Source: Ramazzottius varieornatus (Eukaryota; Animalia; Tardigrada). From it: DNA of 64,000 nucleotides. The notes below the pieces were generated by a model. That model was not told the origin of the DNA. It did not search any database and saw nothing but the letters and a program-made list of their open reading frames with translations. Each line of letters opens with the position of its first letter. Within the stretch, counting starts at the first letter, position 1. Of the stretch, positions 1 through 11,286 are shown one piece after another. Location of the stretch: assembly GCA_001949185.1 (NCBI GenBank), contig BDGG01000003.1, positions 2,359,663 through 2,423,662 of the forward strand, written 5' to 3'. A program made the translations under genes and the position numbers.

Positions 1-2038
1 CTGGCCGGAAACTTGTCCATTCATACGCTGAGGCTCATCTGCAAAATTTGTGCACAGAATGACTATAAATATTCGGCTAGGAGAAGGCGGGGGACCCGAC
101 GAGAAGCGTACCTTTGTTGAAGCAGATCTTTCCGTTGCCATAAAACTGAGGCCCGCATTCACAGCAGCTGCCACCGTTCTTTGCCGCGCATGTGGCCTCT
201 TGATGGCACTGCGAGCTACTTTGACAGACAACTTTACCGGCGTCCTGTTGACCATGGCTGTTCGGCGTTGGTGGCTGGACGGGTACTCGATATCCCTCGG
301 TCGCTGTAAGCAAGGAACCAACACTAGTGGTGAAATTTTTACGGAAATCAGAACGGTCTCTGCTGACTGGGCCGAACCTGTTGGATAAGTTGGAGCTTGT
401 TCAGGTGGTCTTTGTGCATGGTTAAGATTAGCGAAAGGATGCCGGTCGTCGATATCGTCCCTCGTCAGAGGTGGTGACTGCTCGGCATCATGTCGGCTTG
501 CTTCGTCATCATCGTTGGCACCTGCTTCTGATTCGCGGGTGGGCGTCGCCGCACCTTGATCAGGTAGTCCGATGTGGTACGTGTGGATACCATCGGAAGT
601 GGCTCCGTCTGGAGTACTCCGCCTGTAAAATGCCTTTCGCATTGATCGTGACTACTTTATACAAATTGCGAGAGTTGCACACTTACGTTGGTAAGAGTCG
701 AAGATAGTCCGAGTTTGATCCATCTAAGGTCTGGAATTTGGATTCCGACTCGAAGCCAGCCTGGCCATAGAGCTCCGCTTGGCCTTCGGTTCTTGGCAGG
801 GTCTTCGCCCAGACGAGCGCGCCGATGGGATATAAGAAGAATGCGAAGCTGTCCTCCCCACTATTTGCGACAGCCAGCTGGAATGTGTTGGTCTACCCAA
901 TATCAGAAGGAGCAGGTTGTTACTCCAGAAGACTCGAATATATGGCGATAAAAGTAAGCAAGCTTCGTACATAGGTTGTAGGAAGACCATAGCCGATCAC
1001 GTCATCCCATGTTGCGATAAAGACACTCCGAGTTTGGAAGGCAGTTTCGGTAGGGTAGGTTTGATGGACCAATGTATTGGCTTTGTCCAAGATCTCTTGC
1101 TTCGTGGACTCCCTGCAAAAGAAGAGCCCGACGCTTTACGATTGTTCGGTATATCTTCCTGAGCGGAAACACAAACAAAATCTCTTCCATACCGGTAACT
1201 GACAACCCCAGCATCTTCTCCCAGAATGTCGGCGTAGAATGGTGCGATTGCCGGTACGTTTAGAGGAAACGGGCGGATCGGCGCATTAGCGTCCAGTTCC
1301 TTAGTGAATGTCACGATACCTTTCGTGCTGACCTAAAGCACGTAGTGAGGATTATTGTGCTAACTTATATGTCACTGTGGTGCCCATTTCCTTCGCTATA
1401 CGTCCTTGGTTGGTTTCGAGCAAGGCTTCATTTGTGTAATGATTATCGACCTCAAAGAACACCAGCTCGAAAGGAAAACATAAGAACATACTCAGGATCC
1501 AATTTAATTTCTGCTATCTGAACTTTTGCATAAAGTTCTTCACACGGCGCAAAAGAGACCTTCGTCATTCCCGGAACGAAGAGAGATTTCCCAGCGATTA
1601 CAGTGGGAATTTAAACTACCAGACATCTGCAGGTTAAAGGTCACATCAGATGGCCTCGAATAGTAAAAATTCGCAAGATGGGTCCATTTTCCTATCAACG
1701 TATCCAGCGTTTGCACGGATCGTAGGTGCTGTCCGCACCTGACCCATAACAATTTACTATGAATTTTCGATTGTCAGTTCGCCAATGTTCAAATATTGGA
1801 TATTTGAAATTTCACTCACGTAGACGGTGGAGTATTTCTTTCCGTAAAGAACAATCGGATAGGTTAGCTGCAATGGTCCACCTGTCGCTTCCGCCGTCAC
1901 AAACTGATCGATTTCTTCACCGGAAACTTGCCCATAGGGAAACAGTTCCTCCTTGGTAATCGCATCGGTCCTGCTAACCAGCAATAACACATATAGAGAT
2001 ACGAGACAGCTTATCGAAAATGGACCACGACAATCCAT
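1..2038 (-). CDS. Ndg: Nidogen (entactin) 5' part, multi-exon; continues beyond window start
   Basis: Signal peptide MDCRGPFSISCLVSLYVLLLVSRTDA, then NIDO-domain motifs (ELFPYG, IAPFYAD, VFIATWDDV, TNTFQLAV), an EGF-like repeat (CQSSSQCHQEATC...CCECGPQFYGNGKIC) and the G2F start (EPQRMNGQVSG): the nidogen domain order. GT-AG introns visible. Confidence 0.88.
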
Positions 2039-3153
2039 TTTTTATGCTGCTGGATGACGACAGTTCACACTGACCATCTGAAAATGCAACAAGCGAAAGG
2101 GAAGCCCGAAATGCGGCTGCTTTCCCTCCTATCCGTTCAAGTATCGCCTTGGTATCAAAGTACTGAAATCAAGATTATCATTTGATAAGTCTGCTTGCTG
2201 AGCGCTAAGTCAACCTTAAGTAAATATAGAACTGACCAGTCAGGCAGGATGAGGGTGACCAGAAAGACGCTGTCCAGGTGTAAATTTGCTCTTGCCTCTC
2301 TTCTGCCTCCATTCTGTGATCATCCAAGCACAAAGCCTTGACACGCTTCTTCATGTATAAACTTTAGGACAAAGAGGCAGTATCTTGGTCTTCGTTGCAT
2401 CTCGCTCAGTTCGCGCTGGCCACTGGTAATCTGCATGAGGAACCGCACCATGCGGACCTGAACAGAAGCCGGAACGATTAAATCTGTACCGGTTAGGGTC
2501 TCTTATACCTGAGGATGGAATTTCTCTGCCAAAGGTGCAATGCTTAGCACAGGGGATTCGGCAGAAGGAATTCCGCCAGAAGTATCCGCCAACGACAGGA
2601 AACTTGAGGGCCGAGGCTTCCCGCAGAGAGCTCAGAGCTAGTTTCTCTGCTTCCCGGGACCAGAAGGCCGAAGTTGCTGTTCGCGCACCCAGCTGGGCGC
2701 ATCAGTACAGCTTTCGAGACACTCGTGTCTGAACAGAATGCCAGCTTATCCACATGTTTGGCAGTCAGCAGGTGCATGCGTAATATTGTACCACTTGGCG
2801 CAGCCATTGCACACAGGTAGCCTGAGACACCGAACACGGTTGCGTGCTGACGGCCCACCATGGATCGACTAACCAAACCTCGCACTCGTAAGCCGAGTTG
2901 GCAAGCGACAGAGGCCACCAAAGAACAGCTGATAGTGTTGACAACAACTGGCTCGCTAACTTTTCTTGGAAAATTTCCAGCATTTTCTCTCTCGTCCGGG
3001 CTTCGCAGATCGTAACACCGACTTCCACTTCCGACTCATATCTCATCCTTCCATTCATCCTGACCACATTTGGTTCTGTACAACTGGACTGCAGGTCTGA
3101 TCCGTTCCGAAGCTTCCACGCAGCGCACCGAAGAACGTTCTAGCTTCGTCAAG

Positions 3154-5440
3154 ATGCCTCACAACGAATCGACATCGTCCAAGAACACCAACGCCGACGC
3201 TCGTCGTCCCGACTATAATGCGGTGCGCACCAGAAGCAACGAGGAGACCGAAGTCGACAAGCTGATCCAGCAGTTGTCCACTGAAGAGACGCCAACACCA
3301 GCCGCCGGGGAAGAGTCTCATCAGCCGCAACCGACTCGGCTGGAGCAGAAGGGTCTGAACAAGCATGGCATGCGACACAAGATCAGCAAGGGGCCCGGAG
3401 CTGCATCTGTGGCTCAATCCGGAGGTGCTCCTGCTTTCTTGAATGCGAAGAAGGAAGCTGCATGGACTAAGAATAGCCGCAGGCCCCGCAATGGATACGG
3501 ACCGAAGACCGCATTCAAGAAAGGTGGAGCTGGGGGAAAAGGCGTCTGGGGACGGCTGGGAGACGAAATGGACTATGAAGAGGATATGGACGCTGAAGCC
3601 GAAGATGAGCCTTCGGAATATGACAAGCAACAAGCGCAAAAGGTTTGTTTTCAAGGTTCTGAAACTTTATTTAACTGTGCTAGAAAACTGACTCTGTTCC
3701 TCCACGTTGTTTTGTTGATTGCTGCGGTGGACTTCCTTAACAGTACAACTTCCGCTTCAGATCCCACTGTTTCAGACGTGCAAGTTGGAGACTTCGCTTC
3801 AGATGACGAAAAGCCGGTGGCCGGGAGAGTCAGAGCGAAGTAACTTTAGTCCGCGTTTGCAGAAGACATTCATCAGAACAGCTGGCGGAAGATGTAGACT
3901 CTTGATAACTGTTAATTACTGCAACACGTGGCCGCCGTGGCGCTTGTGCAATCAGACTGTTCTTCGCCACACCACAGTCAATCACCCTTTTTGGCAGCGT
4001 TTTCTGTTTTATAGACGCTGCCGAGATGATAGCTGGTGTTAGGACCTTAAATCGTAATATGCGTATATCTAACGAAGGAATCTCTTGTGATTGCAGGAAG
4101 AAATTACGACGTTGGATGCGTTGCGCACTGCGTTGACGCCCGTCCTTCAAGAGTACTTTAACCACGGCAAGTCGGCCGAAGTCACCCGCTTCTTGGAGGC
4201 CACGTCCATCAAGCCGGCCCTGGCTCCCATGGTGGCTTACGTCGGTGTCGTGGTCGCTCTCGACAAGAAGGCTGCTCAGCGTGAGATGACATCGCACTTG
4301 CTGGCCGACTTGTACGAGGCCTTGCTGAACGAGCAACAGTTCGAAGCGGCCTTCAGCCAGCTGCTGCAGGACTTGCCGGACTTGACGCTGGACTGTCCGG
4401 AAGCCACGGATGTTATCGCCAACTTCACGGCTCGCGCTGTGGCTGATGACTGTCTGGCGCCCAAGTTTCTGGAGAGTAGCCTGGAGAAGATGAGGGGCGC
4501 TGGGGATGGCGCGCAGCCTGCCGTGAAGGCCTTGGAGAAAGCCAGAGCCATGATCAATATGAAGCATGGACTGGTCAGACTGGACAATGTCTGGGGTGTG
4601 GCGGGCTCCACGCGACCAGTCAAACAGTTGATCAAGAAAATGCACCAGATCTTGAAGGAATACATGGCCAGCTCCGGTAATACAATCCAGAAACAAAACA
4701 CAAGACGAAACCATTCAAAATGAAAGTAAACTGCAGAAAAACAGGAAAGACTCGGTTCGGCCATGATAAACGAATCGGCCACCCGTTCAGACCGCCCTAT
4801 GTGTACAGGCAATCTGTAGGGTGGCCGACTTTGTCGTCACGGCCGAATTTGGTCTTTGTTCGAGTATGCTCAAAACGATAGAAGGCGAGAATGCAGTCTA
4901 TAAAGTTTTGTTTAGCAATCCTGGGGAAGAAGATTACTCGTACATACACTTATGGATGATGACTTTTGCGTTTTCCCAGGTGATGTGAATGAAGCCTTGC
5001 GTTCGTTGCGAGAGCTAGAAGTTCCGCACTTTCATCACGAGTTCGTCTACGAGACGGCTCTGATCACGATGGAAGATGGATCCGATCGAGTCTTCGACTT
5101 GGCCGTCAAGCTTCTGAAGGTAGCTTCAGAGGAACTGGTATTGACGGTTGACCAGCTGACTACCGGCTTCCATCGTCTCTATGAAGACTTGATCGACATC
5201 GTGCTGGACGTTCCCAACGCCTACACAGCCACTGAAAAGTTCGCCACGCAATGCCAGAAAGAAGGCATCATTCCCACGGCGGTCTTGAACGAGTTCCCCA
5301 CACGCGGACGCAAGCGATACGTGTCGGAGAACGATGGTGGAGCACTGAAGGAGGACACGGTGGCCGTCGAGGAGTTCCGACAGCGTGTGGCCAGTAACGC
5401 TGCTCATATCGAGGAGGAGGAAGAGTCCGACAATGAATAA
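3154..5440 (+). CDS. PDCD4: Programmed cell death protein 4 (two MA3 domains), about 3 exons
   Basis: KNSRRPRNGYG..KKGGAGGKGVWG motif; MA3 repeats (LQEYFNHG...REMTSHLL...DLTLDCPEA; ILKEY..SGDVNEA...ELEVPHFHHEFVYE); C-terminal RGRKRYVSE. Exons ~3154-3642, ~4097-4676, ~4980-5440. Confidence 0.95.
4746..4857. repeat. Imperfect palindrome (~110 bp) in PDCD4 intron 2
   Basis: Left arm aaagactcggttcggccatgataaacgaatcggccaccc pairs with right arm gggtggccgactttgtcgtcacggccgaatttggtcttt. Confidence 0.75.
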
Positions 5441-5848
5441 CGTTCGCAGTTTATCTTCTCTATCCAATCTATTTCTCTTTATTCGTTATGTCATAGTTAT
5501 ACGTGTTATATTTTTTTTTTCGTAGTATGCTTAGGCATTGTGAAGCATTCTGGGGAGGTTTGTTCGGTTACAGCTTAAGGGAAGTGTCATGGTCAGTCGT
5601 TATACATCAAACCCAGCTCGAATAATATAATTTCTTGTGTAGCTTGTCTCGAGAGTCTTTTCCTTCTTCAGCAAATTGCCTTTTCTTCGGTACTTCAGAT
5701 TAATCTTTGTACATCAAGACTAAACATAGATCGTAATTATTATCAGTTCAATTCTACCCGCCAAAAAACTTCGGCTAGTTCCGGTATCGCTCATAAGCTT
5801 TCTTCATATTCGATAGCCAAGAAACCAGATTTATGTTTTCATTCTAAG

Positions 5849-7495
5849 TTAGAGGTTCGTTGCCATCTCTTCAGAAGCCGTGCCGCTGATTTCAGATATC
5901 CGTGAAGTCAGAATCAAAAGCTCTTCGCGAGAGCAGCCATCGACCTTCCAAGCCGTTTGAAATTGCTCTCCCCATTTCTTTGCGTCTTCTGCATGGTTCT
6001 TCTTCGCCGCTCTAATAGCCTCTTCGATCCTACTAGCAGGCACAAATTCACCATCCAGTTTGAGGCCTGCTGCACTTAGCATACGTCCGGTATTTCGCTC
6101 CACGAGGGTTTCTGCATTGATCAACTGGTCGGCGAACTGCGGCCAGCAGACCACAGGCTTGCCTCCCGTCATGGCTTCCAGCGTACTGTTCCATCCACAG
6201 TGACTGACAAAACAGCCGACGGCTGGATGAGAAAGGATCAGCGTCTGTGGCGTCCACGGAAGTATGAGACCGTTTTTGTCTGTGGTGAATCCAATTTTAT
6301 CCGGTTGGAAGTTGGCTGGGAGATGCTGATAAAGTTTCTGTTTCAGGGACCAAATGAACGGTTGACTTAAGTTCTCGAGGGCCTTCGCGATGTCCCGAAT
6401 TTGTTCAGCTCGAAGTGTAGCCATACTTCCGAAAGCCACGTAGATCAGAGAGGAACGACTTTGCGAAGCTAAGAAGTCAGTAACGACTTTGTGCTGCTCA
6501 GTGGGGTTTTCTTTCGGAATCAGAGGACCCACGCAGTAAACGGGTATTGTTTTCATTGATTCCGCATGTTCCAGCACCGATATTTCTTTCTGTTCGAAAG
6601 GGCGGAAAGAGTTCATGATGAGGCCGCTAGCCATCGGCATGACTTTTTTGACAGGTAAAAGCAAGGTCTGCAGCTTCATGACGGCTATTGGATGAATGAA
6701 CTGCCCAGCAGCATCGGGCCGCCGGGCCAAGGCGGTTCTCGGGTTTAGTTGTGGATCTGTAAGGGTATGATCTCCAGACATCACGGCTTCGTATGGGAAG
6801 TGGGCGTTGGTCGAGTTGAACAGGATGAAGGGAAACCCGCGCTCGATGCAAACTTAAAGTAATTTAGACTACTCAGACAAAATTGCCGTATTTTATTCAC
6901 TGTCGTTTTCATAATCTGGGTTGTCGGCAACAAAATGAACTGAACTTGAGCGTTGTTTCAAGTGGCGCACGTTTCCGTTGCTTTCGCTTGACACTGTGCG
7001 CCACTTGGGAAAACGTTAATGTTCAAGTCGTTTGCTGACGTTCCGTCTGTTACCATGTCTTGGAAAACCCTAACCTGGAAAGACGTCTTGGCTGAGGAAA
7101 CAGTCGTAGATGATCACGTCCACTGGTCCAAAGGGGATACCAGGGGTTTCGGATTCTGTTCCGCCCGGGTTCCGGCGAGGCAGTATTCGTAGCAGCTGGC
7201 CTATGGCCTGCCTTATGCTGGCTCGGTTCTTCATCATTCTTTGTATGTTTAAAGGTTCGCTTGGATCGGAATCCTCCCATGTGACTTCATCTGTTATCCC
7301 GAACAGGTTGACTTGATGGCCTCCCTCGGATGAAAGTATCATGTTCCGGGTCTTCAGCTCCTCTGTCCTGCTGGAGGACACGGCAAAAGTCACATCGTGA
7401 AACTCGCAAAGCTTTTTGGCCAGCTCCAGCAAAGGTATGATGTGGCCGAAGATGGGGAAGCTGATGCATAAGACATGTTTTCGGTCCATTTTCAC
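5849..7495 (-). CDS. UDP-glycosyltransferase, family GT1, plant-type soluble architecture; 2 exons (intron ~6855-7074)
   Basis: N-terminus HVLCISFPIFGHIIPLLELAKKL (catalytic His), IIYD (catalytic Asp), YVAFGS, and a PSPG box WTPQTLILSHPAVGCFVSHCGWNSTLEAMTGGKPVVCWPQFADQ. No signal peptide or C-terminal TM helix. Confidence 0.93.
6959..7007. repeat. Palindromic element copy 1 (core; in UGT intron)
   Basis: CAAGTGGCGCAC-N25-GTGCGCCACTTG with extended imperfect arms ~6923-7039. Confidence 0.9.
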
Positions 7496-8697
7496 AATAT
7501 TTTATCAGGTTACTGGAAAAGTGGAAATTCCAATTTGACAACACTGGCTTTTGGGTGTATAGTTATGTCCAGAAGCCTCATTTTCTCGGCGAGCCGGTTT
7601 TTTTACGGCTTTTGGCAATCGGGTGCCTGCAGCCAGGAACTGATATCACCAATGACTTACCATAAGATAACAGAAGTAAGAACTTTTGATGGTTCTATTG
7701 ACCACGAGGTAGCCGAAATCCTCTCTTCAAACTTTCAGGTTATGGTGTGCAATCTCGCCTGATACACTTCAAAGGTTCGACGACATTCGTGGACCTACCG
7801 AAAGACGAACCATCCACAGCCGTCGACGCCCGCGGAATTCAAAGTTACGTTTCGAGGTCAGTTCAGCAAATGTAACTACAAAACGGTGTGCATTATTGTC
7901 AAAGATGGCCTGTTTGCACAATTACAATTAATCCTGTGAGAAAAAAACCACGCTTTGTTTGCTTGAGTTGGGGATTTGGTTTCGCCGGAAATGGCTTCTT
8001 CGAAGTCAGAGTGGCTTGACTTCGACCCTTCTCCAGGCAAGGAAAGACAGAAATAAACCCCCTTTCAACTGATTGGTACATCACCCTCCAAAATACCCTA
8101 TTCAGTTTGTCATTGCACTGTATCAAAAGCCTAAAAGGAAGGACACAAGTACGCAAGTAATGTGAGATGGTGCATCTACGTCAGAGAGCTTTACATAATA
8201 CTTGTTTGCGAATGAGGAAGTCGTATGTGGGATATACAAATACATTCAGCAAGAAGCCCGGATTCAGAGAATGGTCGATCGAACGTTGTAGAAGAGCGCA
8301 GCAGCAAAAGAAAGCTTGCTATGAATGATGGCGCGCGAGATCCCACACAAAGGAGAACCGAGATCGAAGGATAAACACGCCCAATCACGATCGACTTATT
8401 TCGCAAAGGGATCAGCTGGTGCATCGTCCTTCAACCCTGGCGAGGACCATCATGTTTTTATTACCGCCCTCATTCATCCTTATTTGCAATTGAGGGTTTT
8501 TCTTGCTGTCGATCGAGCTGCGCCAGTATCTGCTTTGGCTTCTCACTCACGCATGCACATGTCCTGATGATTTATTGTCTTCGGGCTGGGACAAGACAAC
8601 CATATCTTCTCCTCCCCAAACTCATTTGAAGTTTATTTATCGCCAATATCGTTTCCATATTTTGCAAGAGGGGACCCTCACCGACACTGAACTCACC

Positions 8698-10737
8698 ATG
8701 ACTTTTTTCCTGATGAAGAACCGTTTTCAAGCTGGTCGACAGGAAGAAGACAACTCTTCCAACACACCAACACGAGACGGAAGTAGCAGCACTCCCAGGT
8801 CGCCTTTCTTAACGGGAAAGAAAACCTTCTTGAGCGCACTCTTCGATGCTGCACGCGATCGCCCTCAAAGCAAAAGCCCGTCTCGTCGCAAGAACTCCCA
8901 AGCTGCTTCTGATGCATCGTCGCCTTCCCGAGCGTCATCCGTGGCCAGTGGCCGCTACCCGCCCCGCCGGATTAGTTTCGATGATGATCCAGAGTTCGGA
9001 GCCGCCATACCGGAAGAGCGGTCTGCCGGACCCGGACGTTCGAACACTGACCGACAGCAAAGGCCGTCTCGGCATTTAGACAACCGCCCAGAAGATCACA
9101 GCTCGGGAACCACCGATCCACCGGACGAAGACCCAGACTTGGACCATGTGGATGATCATGATCATGAAGGTCCGAAGAGTAGAAAACCGTACAACGACCA
9201 CGAGCACGAACATGGATCGGACACTAGCGGACCTGACAGTGAACCAGAAGAAAGCGCGCGACCTGACGATGACTTGGTTCTGTTCATGCGCCAGTTTGTC
9301 GAGAAAATATTCCACAACGAGTAAGTCAGCGACTTGACAGTTGGCTCTTCATGAATAATCTGTATTACGCTCACTGGTTTTCAGCCGAGTTATCGATCAG
9401 GAGGAAAAAACCAAGTTTGGCGAGTGCGTGCGAAGCGAAAGTGGAAGACTGTGGTTCGCCCGTTTCGTCAATTCAATGGTATGTTACAATAATTATTGAT
9501 AAGAGCTGTTTTATGACGGTTTGTATGGAGAAGGATTTTCTTCCCTTTCGTAGAGGATCAATTTTAGCAACAAACTGGATGATGCCACCTTCTTCCGGCT
9601 GGTGCAGTACTGCTCGCTAGTCCTATTCGAGTGCTACCAAGAGGAAGATTATGCACCAGCGAAGCCTATAATGAATATTTGCTTCACATTCTACCGTGAA
9701 GGTACAAGCAACATTGACATTCTATCAATAACTTGAATACAGGAAGTCGCTAGTCGGTCTCCCGAAAGTGGCTTTATGCTACGGCCACTGCGCTTCAGTC
9801 GATCGATTTCCGTTTGATCCACAATTCCATCTGTACGATTAGGGTTGATTGCTTTGAACACTAATGCAACGTCGGATTTTCGTTTTCTTCTTCTGCAGTC
9901 CCGCGAGGAGACAACTCACGGCAGCCAAAGCCGGAATTTCTGTACCATTCGAACCTTCGAAAACAGCCAATTTTTCATTCATTGAAATTCTGGAATGCCG
10001 CCTATTTTGACGCGACCCAAGTCGATCGAGCTCGACGATCACAACGGTATGCAAGTCAAATTATTATGCTATACAGTAATAGGTTTCACAACATCCATCT
10101 GGGCAGCAAGGTGAGTCGGCCACCACTCAGTTCTATGTGTTGAACATGAATAACCGACTCAGTCTTCGCCCCCTTAAACATCGTTTACTTTCAGCTTTGT
10201 TTTTTCCATCTCGGAACTTTGGACGAAAAACACAGCATTTATCGTCTCATCAAAACTGCTTGCAGCTTTGAAATTATGATAGGGTTTTCTTTGCCAGGAC
10301 GCAATGGGAGAATGACACGCGGGCTCATAACAACTCGTCCTCCCGCCCCGCCACTTCCTCGTCCGCTTCGAGCGATGAAGACTTCGTCTACCGCACCTTA
10401 TTGGATTTCCTGCACAACATGCGGGCTTTCCGGGTGGCCAAAGAGTCCGTCAGGGAGTTTATTCGGAAACAGAGCCATTCCATCAGCCAAGGTAAGATAG
10501 TAATGGCTCGATGAGGCGCTCGCCGATACCTAAGTGGCGACCCGACCAAGCTATTGGATCCCTCGGGACAGACGATAATGCTGGACGATATTCGTCGAGC
10601 AGCCCTTTATGGTCTATAATGTCGAACAGCGCGCCAGCACGAGCCATTTGAAACGCGTTTATTTTATTTTGATATTGCTCTTTATTACAGATCAATGTCG
10701 TGCCCTGCTGCAACAACTGGACCTTATGTACAAGTAA
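8698..10737 (+). CDS. KIAA0513-like protein (SBF1/SBF2-type domain), multi-exon
   Basis: Low-complexity N-terminus, then FMRQFVEKIF / IDQEEKTKFGECVRSESGRLWFARFV / LVQYCSLVLFECYQEEDYAPAKPIMNICFTFY / FWNAAYFDA / FLHNMRAF..KESVREFIRKQS. Recognised from memory as the KIAA0513 pattern. Confidence 0.8.
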
Positions 10738-11286
10738 TCTTTCCAAGGCTTTCCCAGCCGATCAACCTCACATTGCAAGCAGGAACTCAGTGGGGCCCGC
10801 AACGATGAGTTACGAGGTCCTACAGAAGGTGGAATCCTTATTTTTCCCTAAAACTACACTTATATCCCCGAAAAGTATTGCGAAGATGTCCACTGCCCAT
10901 CTGCATCTGTTTTATCTCGTTCAATGCCTGAAAATCAAAAAATGAAACATAAAAATTCAAGACCTGATTCTACGAACAAAAACAAAAGTCCCGTCAGTGT
11001 CTCGTGTGCTCAAAGAAGAAAGTCAAACGTGAAAACTAATTTTGTTTCAAAGTACATGTAACGAAGGATCGTCTAGTCTAGTTTAGCCTAGTCTATTCAA
11101 TGCAAATATGAGCAGATTAATCACACGCAACGTCAAAGTGACAAAGTAAGTTGTACACCGATAATCCACTCGGCGGGACACACTGCCAGCAGTTGTAGGG
11201 TAAAAAGCTTTTGATGTCACAGGGAAGGACCACGCCTGATGAGCCGATGAAAGCCTTCGCTTGTCAAGGAAGACCTCGCCACTACA

